64,000 nucleotides of DNA from a virus (IMGVR_UViG_3300006033_000016:68999-132998), one strand, 5' to 3'. Shown: positions 52,058 through 63,241, numbered from the stretch's first letter. A program made the numbers and translations. The notes: a model not told the origin generated them from the letters alone.

Positions 52058-55000
52058 TCAGAGTTTGTCTAAGAATATGGATCGAGTCAAGCCGCTAAAC
52101 TCAGGAAAAGAGTGCATCAAAGAGGCGGCTCGAAGCATGGCAGTGAAGTCTTCTCTGGGGAAGATATCCTCGATATCCGAATCACTCATTCCCAGGGATT
52201 TCATGTCAGACAAGAAACTGTCCGGATTTCCTATTGTATACCATATGTAAACCTTCCTGGCAAAATCAGAAAGGCTAGATTTGGCCTGAGCCTTGGTTTC
52301 ACCAAGAAGGAGCCACCTCATACTGGTGTCCTGATGCTTAAAGCCCATTCCACGCAATATGTCAGTAGCTTTATCCATAAGACCAGGAGCCAAGAAAGAA
52401 GAGGTGTCGGAGATGATAAACACAGGATACCTGACTAGTCGGGTTCCTCTGATCGTACCCATCACAGCCACATCCAAATTAACTGGGATGCCTACCGCAG
52501 AGGGAGGCTCGTCTATACCTGGTATAGAAGAATCCTCCTCCACGGGGGAAGGGGCCTGCTGACCTGGGGTAGATGTGGTTTCCACGACAGAAGACAGCTG
52601 ATTTTGAAGAATCTTCTTATTCTGGCTGAATATGGTGAACCTAAAGGTCTTCTTATAGAAGTTTCTCACATCTACAGAAGCGGGATCGATGTTAAACAAA
52701 CCGAGCATCTTCGCCGCAGCGAGGACATGCACATCAGCTACCTCCTTGCCAGACTTGGAGAGCAGGTTACGGGCTGCCCTAAGCTGATCCTGCGAAGGAT
52801 TGTACGCTAGAATCTGCTTGGTCGTAGCATCTCCTGGCCTGGAGTTGGGAATATCGTCCAAACTGGATGCGGTGATAACAGAAGCCGTGGTAACGAGCTT
52901 AGAATAGTCTATCTTAGACTGTGGAAAGCGAGGGTCGACAGGAACCTTTCCAGTTATCTTTGGGAGCAAAGACTGTTGGTTGGCAACGTATATCCCCTTT
53001 TCCCGTATGTCAGAAAGCAGCTGCAAGGCATCTCTAGGGGTAGAGAAAGGGTGATACAGTACTCCCTCAGTCTCCATCTTCTCAAAGCCCTCTAATACGA
53101 ACTTCATTCCGTTGATGTACTCAAGAAGAAGCCAGTATGCTCCATTAAAGTAGGATACACGAGGGTTTATAATCCCCTTGCTCATTTTAGAAGGGTTTAC
53201 GTTCCAGGGTCCTCTTTCAAGATCGGAGTCAACGTATGGAGTCTCCACCTTATCCGACCCTTCCATTTCCTCTCCAGTTGCGAGGGAAAAGGATTCGGTG
53301 CCAAAAACCTTAGGCGCAAGACGAGCTTCTTCCTGTTCGTAATCTCTCATTTCCTTGAAGGCATCAATGTGTCTCTGCACAGCAGCAAACGTATTGAACA
53401 TCTGCATATTTTGCAGAGACATGCCTACTAGCTTGAACCGAGAGGACGAGGAATATCCAGATACCAATTGCCTTACAGCGTGCATCTTGGACACCATCCT
53501 AGCAAACTTAGTAAGTTCCGCAGTTCCTTCGCACAAAACCAGGTCCACATAGACAGTGGAATAGCGAGCTGCATCTGGATCTTTAGGAGGAAGTCGATAA
53601 CTTCTTGCTATAGACTGTTCGTAATTACCTGGGTTCCAAGGAAGGTCCACTCGAATAATGCGGTTAGCCATCTGAAGGTTCTGTCCCTCCTGGATGGACT
53701 GCTCCACCGCCACCAATATTTGTACAGAAGGATCCTTCTTAAACCTAGCCAGGGCCTTGGTTTCTCCTGCTTTATAAAAAACAGCTTTTGACGACATCTG
53801 AATGGATTCAGATATGTGTCGGGCTACGTCCTGGTAGTGTGTGAATATGATCACCTTACCATTGTTAGGGTCGGCAAAATGACTAGCAAGAAGTCGATCT
53901 ATCACCTTAATTTTAGGACTAGTCCTATCTTCCTCATCAAACAAGAAGTGCTGACCAAATTCGTCAGAAGGTGGAAAGTTCAAGAACTTATCAATAGCGA
54001 TAAACTTAGTGAGAAGAGGCTTAAAATCTTCCACCTCAGGAGCGTCATCTACTTCCCCTTGTATGGCTTCGTATCTCTGCCACAGCTTTGCTACTCTTTG
54101 CTGAGCAGACTTGAAGGCAGAAGCCAAATCTTCTCCAGAACCCTTTCCTCCACCAAGAGATTTCCACTCTTCGAACCCGCGAGAAGGATCCTGTAAGCTC
54201 TTGAGGAGAGCCTGATCCATCTTCACTTCTTGAAGAAGATTCTCTCTTTCCTTCTTTACTTCTTTAGAGTCCTCATCATCTCCTGATAAGGAGTACTCCA
54301 TCTCCACAAATTCTCCAACTTCCTTGTCGTAAGAGGTAAACGAGGCAGAAGATGGCTTCTGCCACTGCGCAATCTTGTCGCGAGCAAGAGGATTTGAGGC
54401 ATACTGGTCCTTCATAGCCTTTTGAAGCTCTAAACCTATTGTTCCAGGTTCCAGCTCGCCTAAAAGCTCCTCCTTAATAATCCTGTCCAGGAGCCTCTCG
54501 TACACTATGCGCTGTGGTCCGGTTAGAGTGGCCTTATGGTAATTTACCTTTATGGAAGGAAGCTCACTAAGCCACGCACTTCTACGGATAGATACCCCAA
54601 CGCGACGAGAGACAAGATCTCGTATCTGCTTGATGGCTCCGGGCTTGAACTCCTCCACCTTTTTGGACCGCGTCACCGAAAGTGCGTACTTCTCCAAAAA
54701 CCCCTTTCTATTCCCCAAAACAGAAGGGTCCAAAAACGACATCTGGAGGAAAAGGTCGTCTGGGGAAGAGGGCGCTACGGTTCCAGAGTAACATCTCTTG
54801 TAAGGAACCAAGGAAGACATCTGAAGAATAGCTTCCGCCCTACCAGATGCTTCTCCGCCGGAGTTTAGCCGAACAACGTGAGACTCATCAAGAACCAGCA
54901 TGTCTATGCCTATCCTGGTGACGAGCCAACTGGGATTCCTGTATCTGACTCCCGAAGCGGTTTCTATCTTATCATCTTCTCCGCCACGAAGCCAATCGTA

Positions 55001-56410
55001 ACTGGTCAGTATGATTGTATTTTTTGGAGCAGACCGTATAATCTTGGTTAGCTCCTGAAGACCTTTTAACTTATTTCCCTCTTTTTGAAGACCTTTGCGT
55101 ACTCCCTTTTCAAAGGTTCCAGCCTCAGGATCGCTTCTCTTTACGGTATCAGTGTTGATAACTATAAAGTTGATAGTGCCTCTGGTCCACTCTTCAAGCT
55201 CTCTTTTTTGGTCAGACAGAAGAGAGTTTGGCATCACTATGCAAGGACGTTGAACCAAGCCTCTGTTCATTTTGTCCAAAACATCTGCCAACAACATCAG
55301 AGTTTTTCCAGCTCCGGGGTCAGCGTCTATCATTGCAGCTTTCCTCTCTTTGAGGAAAGCCAAAGAATAAGCCTGGTGAGGCAAGAACCGAGTATCCGGC
55401 TTTATGTGAGGTATCTTGGGAGCATCCTTTGGGTCTACCTTAAGAAGCGAAGCCTCTTCTTCCTGCAAGGAAGAAAACATGGAATCGTACTTGTCCGCAA
55501 ACAAAACTGCAGTTATCAGCTGTGCGTAGTACTCACCGAGAACGGAGTTTTTGGCTCCTTTACCTCGTGGACGTACTGCTAACGAGCCTCTCTTGTAGCG
55601 CTCTTCTAAAGAGCGAAGCTCAGAATGAACGAATTCCCTAAAGTCAGGGCTCTTGGCATACATAAACAAAGGAACGCCAGAGCTGCTGTCTATATTGGTT
55701 GACGTTCTTGCTTGAAGTCTCTCTTTTTTAGCACTCGCCTCTGGAGTGTTGTCTGTGGGATCCACAAAAAATAGCGACTCCATACGGTCTGCCGCCCAAG
55801 TTTTTGATGACCCAGACGCATCTGTGAACTTTGATTTTACTGGAATTTTTACGTCCAAAGTAGACAGTATGAGATTCTTATTAGAGGACAAAGGTAAAAG
55901 ATGTCCCAACTGAACATTGCTAATTGTTCCGTCTTTATCTACGTAATATACTATTCCATGATCCGGGTCTGAGTATATTATCTGGTTTCGTATAGATCTG
56001 GTCTGAAGTACCGAATCTATCTTTCGAAGAGGTTCTCCTGTTTCTGGATCCTTGTCCGTCCCAAGAGGAAATTTCTTCTTGGTGCGGGGATTTATCATGG
56101 CCTCGTTGGGTGATGGCGGAACAGGAACTTGAATTGTAGTCCCGGAGTAGGAGGACTCCAGAGCATCCCCCAGTAAGTCTTCGTCATCCTCTTCTTCGCC
56201 TACCCCAAAATCTACTTCATTTTTAGATGTAGATTTTGACTTAGCCTTATCTCGAACCTTTTTTTGCTTGTATGCTTCTGATAGCTGAAACGGGTCTAAG
56301 GAAAGCTGGGTAAGTACATCAACGCGTGGAAGGTACAACACAGAACCGTAAGAACCTTGATAAAGGAACTCTTCCTTATACTGACTCTTCACGTTGGCTT
56401 CTCGTTTCAT
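52058..56410 (-). CDS. Large SNF2-family helicase/ATPase
   Basis: PHQ, DADPGAGKT, LDESH, SGT, EGQNLQ.AN...D.PWNP...QSIAR. Confidence 0.88.
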   Translation of the reverse strand: MKREANVKSQYKEEFLYQGSYGSVLYLPRVDVLTQLSLDPFQLSEAYKQKKVRDKAKSKSTSKNEVDFGVGEEEDDEDLLGDALESSYSGTTIQVPVPPSPNEAMINPRTKKKFPLGTDKDPETGEPLRKIDSVLQTRSIRNQIIYSDPDHGIVYYVDKDGTISNVQLGHLLPLSSNKNLILSTLDVKIPVKSKFTDASGSSKTWAADRMESLFFVDPTDNTPEASAKKERLQARTSTNIDSSSGVPLFMYAKSPDFREFVHSELRSLEERYKRGSLAVRPRGKGAKNSVLGEYYAQLITAVLFADKYDSMFSSLQEEEASLLKVDPKDAPKIPHIKPDTRFLPHQAYSLAFLKERKAAMIDADPGAGKTLMLLADVLDKMNRGLVQRPCIVMPNSLLSDQKRELEEWTRGTINFIVINTDTVKRSDPEAGTFEKGVRKGLQKEGNKLKGLQELTKIIRSAPKNTIILTSYDWLRGGEDDKIETASGVRYRNPSWLVTRIGIDMLVLDESHVVRLNSGGEASGRAEAILQMSSLVPYKRCYSGTVAPSSPDDLFLQMSFLDPSVLGNRKGFLEKYALSVTRSKKVEEFKPGAIKQIRDLVSRRVGVSIRRSAWLSELPSIKVNYHKATLTGPQRIVYERLLDRIIKEELLGELEPGTIGLELQKAMKDQYASNPLARDKIAQWQKPSSASFTSYDKEVGEFVEMEYSLSGDDEDSKEVKKERENLLQEVKMDQALLKSLQDPSRGFEEWKSLGGGKGSGEDLASAFKSAQQRVAKLWQRYEAIQGEVDDAPEVEDFKPLLTKFIAIDKFLNFPPSDEFGQHFLFDEEDRTSPKIKVIDRLLASHFADPNNGKVIIFTHYQDVARHISESIQMSSKAVFYKAGETKALARFKKDPSVQILVAVEQSIQEGQNLQMANRIIRVDLPWNPGNYEQSIARSYRLPPKDPDAARYSTVYVDLVLCEGTAELTKFARMVSKMHAVRQLVSGYSSSSRFKLVGMSLQNMQMFNTFAAVQRHIDAFKEMRDYEQEEARLAPKVFGTESFSLATGEEMEGSDKVETPYVDSDLERGPWNVNPSKMSKGIINPRVSYFNGAYWLLLEYINGMKFVLEGFEKMETEGVLYHPFSTPRDALQLLSDIREKGIYVANQQSLLPKITGKVPVDPRFPQSKIDYSKLVTTASVITASSLDDIPNSRPGDATTKQILAYNPSQDQLRAARNLLSKSGKEVADVHVLAAAKMLGLFNIDPASVDVRNFYKKTFRFTIFSQNKKILQNQLSSVVETTSTPGQQAPSPVEEDSSIPGIDEPPSAVGIPVNLDVAVMGTIRGTRLVRYPVFIISDTSSFLAPGLMDKATDILRGMGFKHQDTSMRWLLLGETKAQAKSSLSDFARKVYIWYTIGNPDSFLSDMKSLGMSDSDIEDIFPREDFTAMLRAASLMHSFPEFSGLTRSIFLDKL

Positions 56411-56721
56411 TCTTCGTCCTTGGCACCGAACACAAAATCAATATAAGTAGGGTCTTTAGCTACCTTTGACCAAAGAGCGTAGGCTTCTGAATCTACCAAG
56501 TCAGAAGCCAATTTCTTAGTGAGGGACGTAAGGAGTGTGCATAAGTCCTTGCGCCTGTCAGGATCCAATCTAAACAACTTGACCGCTCTCCAATTGTACT
56601 GGGCGTAGTACATGTCATTCTCTGTGACCTGTTCTTCCTTGGAGCCCGGTCTTCCCGTAATAAGATCCACTACAGGAAGTTGAGGAACATCGATAGACCC
56701 TTCTGGAGTTAAGCTGCTCAT
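56407..56721 (-). CDS. Hypothetical protein
   Basis: 104-aa ORF, overlap-coupled. Confidence 0.7.
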   Translation of the reverse strand: MSSLTPEGSIDVPQLPVVDLITGRPGSKEEQVTENDMYYAQYNWRAVKLFRLDPDRRKDLCTLLTSLTKKLASDLVDSEAYALWSKVAKDPTYIDFVFGAKDEE

Positions 56722-56732
56722 ACTTGATTACC

Positions 56733-57326
56733 TCAGAACTTATACCCATCTGCCTTCATAGCTGACTGTAGACTCTTAGTTAACCTGGTAATCTTGTGCC
56801 TTCCAGTGTAGCCGTCCTTTTTTAGTTGGTCCAGCAGCTCTGACACCAAATATTCGGACTCCTTGTTGAAGCCTCCATTACCCGCCCTTGCCATCTTAGA
56901 TAGGGTCTGCTTTACTTTTGCTAGTCTGCTTCGAAGATCCGGTCTCATTGCTACTTTCCTAACTATGTCCTGAAGCTCAGGTATACGTCTAAGGCCAGGG
57001 TATGCGGGGTTTATATCAGGAGACTGCGAAGGCCCGTCATGATGTCTACGAGACGAACTTGGGTAGAAGCCGAAGTCATCAGTGTTTTGTGAGGGTGTTC
57101 TTGGAGTTCTTCGTACGTAAGGAGAACCAGAGGGAGCAGACCAAGGAGAAAACGAAATATTAGGGTAGTGAGACTCTAAGTGTTGCTCGTCTGGGTGAAG
57201 AACTATCCTAACAATATAAGAATCATTAGATTTTATGTGAACTATCTTGGGATAGGAGAGAGCCTCTCTGGCGGAAAGAGAAGACGATAGTGTTTCCCAC
57301 TGCAGTTCGGCTTCCTCCCGAGTCAT
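56733..57326 (-). CDS. Hypothetical protein
   Basis: 197-aa ORF. Confidence 0.7.
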   Translation of the reverse strand: MTREEAELQWETLSSSLSAREALSYPKIVHIKSNDSYIVRIVLHPDEQHLESHYPNISFSPWSAPSGSPYVRRTPRTPSQNTDDFGFYPSSSRRHHDGPSQSPDINPAYPGLRRIPELQDIVRKVAMRPDLRSRLAKVKQTLSKMARAGNGGFNKESEYLVSELLDQLKKDGYTGRHKITRLTKSLQSAMKADGYKF

Positions 57327-57607
57327 GATATTTTCAGCACCCCTCCAGCAGATACTCTAAGGGGAACACTGATGCCAGAGGCGGCACCAGCTTCTGAGTG
57401 TGCACTCAAGTTTAGATTAGTCTGTGGAACAAGCTCAACGTACCCTTGAGATCCGTGAACTCTTCTAAGCACTGCGTTGGCCTCTGTTCCATTTCTGGGT
57501 TTCAGGATTAGACCAGGCTGTCCTATCTTAGGCGAGGAGACAAAACGAACCAAATCTCCAACCCTAACCCCGTCAAACTGTACAATGCCATACTTGTGGT
57601 AAATCAT
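57323..57607 (-). CDS. Hypothetical protein
   Basis: 94-aa ORF, ATGA overlaps. Confidence 0.7.
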   Translation of the reverse strand: MIYHKYGIVQFDGVRVGDLVRFVSSPKIGQPGLILKPRNGTEANAVLRRVHGSQGYVELVPQTNLNLSAHSEAGAASGISVPLRVSAGGVLKIS

Positions 57608-58077
57608 AAAATCTCGTCAAAAAGAGAAGATAGCCTAGCAAGCTGGTGTGTTTTGGCGGAGACGGAAGCCAGTCGCGCAGAAAGACTGGCTTTCTTTTTA
57701 GACTTTTTACTGGAGTCAGCTGCTTCCATCTGCTTCACCACCTTAGAAGCCCAGGAACGACCAGGGTCTCCTCCCCACAACATCCAAGCAATGTAACCAT
57801 TTGAAGGGTCACTTGGCTTAGACCAGCCAGGCCTTTTGTTTACGGAGTGACGTGCAAAAAACGAGTGCATCCTCTTAACGGTGGAGGGAGAAAGATTTTT
57901 CCTGTTCGACAAGTCTCTAGCTCTCTGTATACCTACAGAGGTGCCTCCTCTATTAAACTTATCACGAAGATCCAGTCCCCTTTTAGCGGCATTTGCTACA
58001 GATGAGGGAGGAACAAAGTTTATGTGGCTGTATCTGCCACCGGAATCTTTACTTTTATCGGATGTTTTTAGGCTCAT
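57604..58077 (-). CDS. Conserved phage protein (RGGT.VG..RA / IAW.LWGGD domain)
   Basis: Motif recalled from phage structural regions; function unknown. Confidence 0.8.
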   Translation of the reverse strand: MSLKTSDKSKDSGGRYSHINFVPPSSVANAAKRGLDLRDKFNRGGTSVGIQRARDLSNRKNLSPSTVKRMHSFFARHSVNKRPGWSKPSDPSNGYIAWMLWGGDPGRSWASKVVKQMEAADSSKKSKKKASLSARLASVSAKTHQLARLSSLFDEIL

Positions 58078-58565
58078 TATTCCATATCCACAGGTAGTGA
58101 CTCACTTGGTAAGTCGGCCCCGACAGGCATTTCACTTATGGGAAGCGCATCAAGTTGCACAATGACGCAGTACGCCCCTCTTTCTTCAGCCATTATTCTC
58201 TTGTGAAGCAAGGGAAGCAACCAATTTGGGCCAGTCTTTCGGGGTATGATCAAAAGGTGACCATTAACCATTTTTTCATCGTACCAACCTGGTATAAGGT
58301 GAAGTATAGACTTATCGTCTACTTGCTCCAAGGGTTCCACGACAAAACAACCCCGGTTGTGTCCTGAGTTAATCTCTTTTACTACACGACACTTCCAAAG
58401 TTCTCCATGCTTTGGCATTTTGTCAGGGTTCTTCTGACGATAATGCCTAGACACCACAGCTATTTTTAGCAGTGTTCGGCTTATCACCGAATTCTCTGTT
58501 TGAGGTTGTGCTTTCTTATCTTTTGAATAGGAAGAGTTTTCGAAAAACTTTAGAACGCAAAGCAT
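58077..58565 (-). CDS. Hypothetical protein
   Basis: 162-aa ORF. Confidence 0.7.
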   Translation of the reverse strand: MLCVLKFFENSSYSKDKKAQPQTENSVISRTLLKIAVVSRHYRQKNPDKMPKHGELWKCRVVKEINSGHNRGCFVVEPLEQVDDKSILHLIPGWYDEKMVNGHLLIIPRKTGPNWLLPLLHKRIMAEERGAYCVIVQLDALPISEMPVGADLPSESLPVDME

Positions 58566-58580
58566 GATATAATTTCTCCA

Positions 58581-59486
58581 TTAAGGCAGGGGGTCGTAGA
58601 GTATTTGTATGGATTGGAGGTCTACTCGTTCCAACGAGGGAGTGTTAGTAGTAACCTGCAAAATATACAAATTTCCCTCAGTAAATACACCAGAACTAGG
58701 GTCCACACTAACTACTCTATCAGAAAATATGGGAGAGGGACCCAAAGAAGAGCCAGAAAGGACCACACTATTTCCGTCGGTATCCAACATAGACAGTACC
58801 AAAGAAGAGTTGGGAGAAACGATAGAACGAACAACTATGGACACAGGACGAAATCTTCTAGCAACCAAAGGAAAAACAAAAACACTGGACTCAAATCCAG
58901 GAGGAACCGGACCAAGTCCATCCGTCTCTACGCGAGTAAACGCGTTGGGAGAAATGTATAGGTTGGAGAAGCTTGTGTTTACTCCTATGGAAGAGAGAAC
59001 CCAAGAAGAAGAAAACGGTGCCAAGAGGGATGTAGGAACAAGCTGTGAACTGTCAAAGGGTGCTGAGGGTAATCGGCGAGCAGGACTAATAAAATAGGAC
59101 TGTAGGGGAACAGCACCTCCTGGATACCGAATGTAACCTATCGCCACACCGTCACTTAGAGAATCCTGCGAAATAAGACCAACCTCAACTGAATATGTGG
59201 CGGCTTGTCCGCCTATCACATCAGCGTCAGAGTGTCGAACAACAATAGTGTAATTTACCGGAGCAGCAGGAAGAGGACTTATTACGAGTTCTATTGGGGA
59301 AGTTTCTCCAACCAATATCCCACTGGGAAGCAACAAAAACCCAGGTCCCAAAGAGAGGGTGTCAGTGTCTGTAAGGGTGATGTCATACCCCTGATAAACT
59401 CCTGGGTCATGGAGAGCAGATGCCGCTGTAGTAGCTCTTTCGGAGGTAAATGTATCACCGTAATTCCATATTCTTCTTTGGGTCAT
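58581..59486 (-). CDS. Putative tail/baseplate structural protein
   Basis: Beta-rich; GVYQG...L.LGPG pattern typical of baseplate/fibre-attachment proteins. Confidence 0.6.
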   Translation of the reverse strand: MTQRRIWNYGDTFTSERATTAASALHDPGVYQGYDITLTDTDTLSLGPGFLLLPSGILVGETSPIELVISPLPAAPVNYTIVVRHSDADVIGGQAATYSVEVGLISQDSLSDGVAIGYIRYPGGAVPLQSYFISPARRLPSAPFDSSQLVPTSLLAPFSSSWVLSSIGVNTSFSNLYISPNAFTRVETDGLGPVPPGFESSVFVFPLVARRFRPVSIVVRSIVSPNSSLVLSMLDTDGNSVVLSGSSLGPSPIFSDRVVSVDPSSGVFTEGNLYILQVTTNTPSLERVDLQSIQILYDPLP

Positions 59487-60991
59487 ACTATTCCCTCGTG
59501 ATATCCTAATATGTATCCGTCTACAGACGTAACAGATCCCGCCGGACTGGTATCTACTCGAATAGTAAACTGCTGCGTTCCGTCTGATGGGAGAGGAACA
59601 TCCACTTCTATGTGGCCCTTGCCGGTGTCAAAGTTGCCGGAAGCAAACACGAAACCCGCTTGAGTCAAAAAAGAAACGGTGTATTCTGTAGCAGCGTTGT
59701 TTCTAAACCTCCAACGAGTACGAACCAAGCGAGTGTGCGGCGGAACTACCAAATCTCCGCTTATTCCAGGATTTACGGTAACAGATTGGTTAGACCCGTC
59801 AGCAAGAGACGCTATGGAAACAAAAGAAGAAGATGAGTTAGCCCCAGGAGGATTTACTCCGTCTAATAGAGGTGCCACGGTAGTGTATCCTCCTATCTGA
59901 AGAAAATCTCGTACTCTAAAGTTGCCCCCATCCGTATACATCCTAAAGGCCCCAATGTAGTGTCCAACAGACGTAGAATCTGCAGGCCAGGGCGCAGGAA
60001 GAGGCAGGTTGGTACGTGTCCCATAAGGCAAATTAGCGCCAAAAGGAGGAGGATCAGGTGTATATGTAAGAATAACGTTTCCACAACTTCTATTAGGACG
60101 TACAGCGTATAGGTAGAACCATTGGTCTACCACACGAGTAACTCCACTAGGAACTCTGGTGGAAATGTCGATAGAAGCGGGCGATGAAAGAACAGAAGAA
60201 AAAAAGGAACTACCCAACAAAGAAGTATAGCCTGCTATACGAACCTCATTGGGACTCACTACCAATATAGTATTGCTGCCAGAGGCCAAGTAAACATGAG
60301 GAGAAGATCGGAAGCCATCAGTTGCAGCGGAAAGCAAGCCAGCAGATTGAAACTGGCTTACCCACCTTCTTACATCATAAATAGCCAAGGCAGAGGTAGT
60401 CAAAGATCCGCCAGAAATTCCCACAACATAAAGAGGAATCCAGGAAGGATCCGGCCGCAAGGCAGGAGCGACGGCAGAGGAAGAAGAAGCTGCTACTCCT
60501 GGTCTAACTCTTAGCGTCAAAGTGTTGTTGAGTATCTTTGGGACTACAGTAGGAACCAGCCTACGAGTTGGGCCCAGACTAGTTAAAACGTTACGACTCT
60601 CTGTTTCTGTTATCTGAATCGCTGAACACTCTATGATATCGTAACGAGTTTGTCCAACCACGGGAGCGGGAGAAAACCCGAGAGAGACAGGGTTCTCCAA
60701 AGAGGACATCTGATATATGTTGTCATTTTCTATAGAGGAACCACCAAAACCGAAAACAGCTACTCCCCTGCCTATTCCAACGGAAAGATTGGACGAACTT
60801 CGAGTGAGGCTTAGTCCGGATACAACCGCCCCTCCCTCTACTGTTCCTGCGGTAGAAGGTCCGTCCCCAAGGGAGGCCAGAAACCACCCCTCAAGGACTC
60901 TGTTCAAATCCCTGGCACGAAGATCTTGAGCACTGGCCACGTCCTCGTTGGTGACTACTTCATTATCATTGAGTATAATCTTCTTTGACAT
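59483..60991 (-). CDS. Putative tail/baseplate structural protein
   Basis: VVSGL.L...V..G.A...R.D.I...WIPLY.V...I.D.R pattern. Confidence 0.6.
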   Translation of the reverse strand: MSKKIILNDNEVVTNEDVASAQDLRARDLNRVLEGWFLASLGDGPSTAGTVEGGAVVSGLSLTRSSSNLSVGIGRGVAVFGFGGSSIENDNIYQMSSLENPVSLGFSPAPVVGQTRYDIIECSAIQITETESRNVLTSLGPTRRLVPTVVPKILNNTLTLRVRPGVAASSSSAVAPALRPDPSWIPLYVVGISGGSLTTSALAIYDVRRWVSQFQSAGLLSAATDGFRSSPHVYLASGSNTILVVSPNEVRIAGYTSLLGSSFFSSVLSSPASIDISTRVPSGVTRVVDQWFYLYAVRPNRSCGNVILTYTPDPPPFGANLPYGTRTNLPLPAPWPADSTSVGHYIGAFRMYTDGGNFRVRDFLQIGGYTTVAPLLDGVNPPGANSSSSFVSIASLADGSNQSVTVNPGISGDLVVPPHTRLVRTRWRFRNNAATEYTVSFLTQAGFVFASGNFDTGKGHIEVDVPLPSDGTQQFTIRVDTSPAGSVTSVDGYILGYHEGIV

Positions 60992-61000
60992 GCAACACCA

Positions 61001-63241
61001 TCAAGTAAACGTTCCGTTGTCCCACACACCAACGTCAAACACGAAAGAGGCAGCGCTTGCTCCAGGTCCGTCAGTAATGTAAGTTGTGATAAGACCTTGA
61101 CACTGTCCCGACACAACAACTTGCCATTTTATGAGCGGAGATGTTGCACCAGAAAGGTCTATGGTATAGCCTGGAAGAACAAATCCACCAAGGTCCACCC
61201 AGTCAGACCAAGCTCCTGTGCCGTCAAAGTAGCGAGCAAAAAGCTGAAAGTCCCTGTCTGGCTCGATGGGAGTAAATCTTATAGCGACGGGAGAACTGTC
61301 GTGGGGTCGAACAGCAATAGGTCTGCCAACATAAGTGTCAAATCTATCCAATCCCTCAAACACTTTACGCATAGAGGTAGAAGTAGATGGAAGAGAAGGA
61401 GAAGTAGTAGTGTCAGAAAATAGTGTTGACACAAACTTCGGGTGGTCAAAATCCTCCACCCAAAAGTTGAACAAAAATCCAGGCCTATATATGAGAGTCC
61501 CTTCAGACAGGGCCAAAGCACCAGAGGAGTGCTTAGTGACCCTTGGAAGGTGCATTGTGGTATTTATGGGCCGTATGTCTTCTAGGTCGCACACCTGAAG
61601 TCCATCCCATACAATTTCTACTACAGGCAGAACGTCTGCAATCTCTGGAGTTCCTCTTGGAGTAATGTCACCATATATAGCCAGCGCAGCATCCGGCCCA
61701 GAATCTACATTGTTGGTGACAATGTAGTTACTGATAGTGGTAAACTCATTCACGGTATACCTAAATTGTTGGGGCTCTTCCGTGCAGGACCCAGAAACAT
61801 TATTGACCCAGGTGTCGTCAAATGTAACAGTTTCGGTCACAATAGAGCCGGAAGCATCTCTTCCTGTGATCTGCACCTGAACGTTTAGTGAAGCACTAAG
61901 AACGGCATTCTGTAGAGCCAATTTAAGTCTTGCAGGGCCTCTTAAATCCTGGTCAAAGGACCTGAGAGTAAATCCAAGATCAGTAAGACGCATGTAGCAG
62001 GCACAGGTTTGAGGATAACGTTGAAGAATCCCTTCACCGTTCAAATACACTATAAATCTCTGCGGTATGGGACCTACATCTTCAAACGTAAAATCTGGAT
62101 TAACCACGGAGTCTACTACGAATCCTCCGGATATAATGGTCTCTCTGTCCGCAGGCTGCTTGAACTCTAGGCTAGTAAGTGGCACTCCTGTAGGAGGTTC
62201 CACCGCATCCGTAGTCATGTAGTATATGACGATGTTTGTGTTAGGTATGTACTGATCGTTGGGAAGCAAAAATACTACGTTTTTTCGTGGAAGTTGAACT
62301 GGCGCGTAGTCCAACAAAAATTGAGGGTCAGTAGCTCGGAGAATTTGAGTTGGAAACTTATCGGTCTCAAAGTAAATGGCATCCCGAACGCCAGTCATTG
62401 ATCCTGTAGTGTCTACAGAAATAGCCCCAGCAAGAATAGTTTCCTCGCAGATCTTTCCAGGAACCTTGGATAAGGATTTATCCTTGGATACTATCATTCC
62501 ATGGTCAAGATGTAGCTGGAACAAGGTGGACGAGGCGGAGGCCGACACATCGTTTAAAGAAATACCGTGAGGATTTGAGGCCGATGCTACACCAGATCCT
62601 ATAAAACTGCGATGCTCTATGTCCACAGGAGTGAACCAAGGACGGTTAGATACAAGCTGCTCGCTTGTCATGTCAATAACAAGCTGAGATGTCGTGCCGC
62701 CGCCTGAAGCAACTACTTCCTGAACAGTAATGTGGGCAAGAGGGATGGTAAGAGACCGTTCCTCTGCGGTAAGGGACTCGTAGGCAGTACGTGTGGTGGC
62801 CACTACGTACTCGGCATCTAGAGAAAGAAAATCTACGTAGGTGTTGGCTAAGGTGTCAAATCTAGTAAGACGAGGGCCCAACTCCGCCTCAGAAAAACGA
62901 AGGTACACCACACTCTTAGTACCTATACCTCCTGGCACAGAAATTCTACTAGCTCCAGACTCCAGGGCAATAATTTCTCCTGTTGAGAAAACGGCAGTTC
63001 CTGGACTTACGTCAACAGTGGCAGGATCCACTGCATTTATACTAACAACCAATGGTCGTGTAAGCTCTGACGGTAGAGAAGTTCTTGGGTCTGACCTGTC
63101 TACGATTCCAAATCGGGACAGTTCGGAGTCTACAGACCCAAAAAGAAGTTGAGTCCTCTTGAGTATTTCCTCTATAAATACTTGTCTCTCGAACTCTAGT
63201 AGGTCGAGAGTTATCGGTGCAGCTAGTAGTATTCTTCTCAT
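61001..63241 (-). CDS. Putative baseplate/tail structural protein (start probably ATG 63241)
   Basis: ~750 aa, beta-rich, V.PG.A....E.I and NPHG motifs. Confidence 0.6.
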   Translation of the reverse strand: MRRILLAAPITLDLLEFERQVFIEEILKRTQLLFGSVDSELSRFGIVDRSDPRTSLPSELTRPLVVSINAVDPATVDVSPGTAVFSTGEIIALESGASRISVPGGIGTKSVVYLRFSEAELGPRLTRFDTLANTYVDFLSLDAEYVVATTRTAYESLTAEERSLTIPLAHITVQEVVASGGGTTSQLVIDMTSEQLVSNRPWFTPVDIEHRSFIGSGVASASNPHGISLNDVSASASSTLFQLHLDHGMIVSKDKSLSKVPGKICEETILAGAISVDTTGSMTGVRDAIYFETDKFPTQILRATDPQFLLDYAPVQLPRKNVVFLLPNDQYIPNTNIVIYYMTTDAVEPPTGVPLTSLEFKQPADRETIISGGFVVDSVVNPDFTFEDVGPIPQRFIVYLNGEGILQRYPQTCACYMRLTDLGFTLRSFDQDLRGPARLKLALQNAVLSASLNVQVQITGRDASGSIVTETVTFDDTWVNNVSGSCTEEPQQFRYTVNEFTTISNYIVTNNVDSGPDAALAIYGDITPRGTPEIADVLPVVEIVWDGLQVCDLEDIRPINTTMHLPRVTKHSSGALALSEGTLIYRPGFLFNFWVEDFDHPKFVSTLFSDTTTSPSLPSTSTSMRKVFEGLDRFDTYVGRPIAVRPHDSSPVAIRFTPIEPDRDFQLFARYFDGTGAWSDWVDLGGFVLPGYTIDLSGATSPLIKWQVVVSGQCQGLITTYITDGPGASAASFVFDVGVWDNGTFT

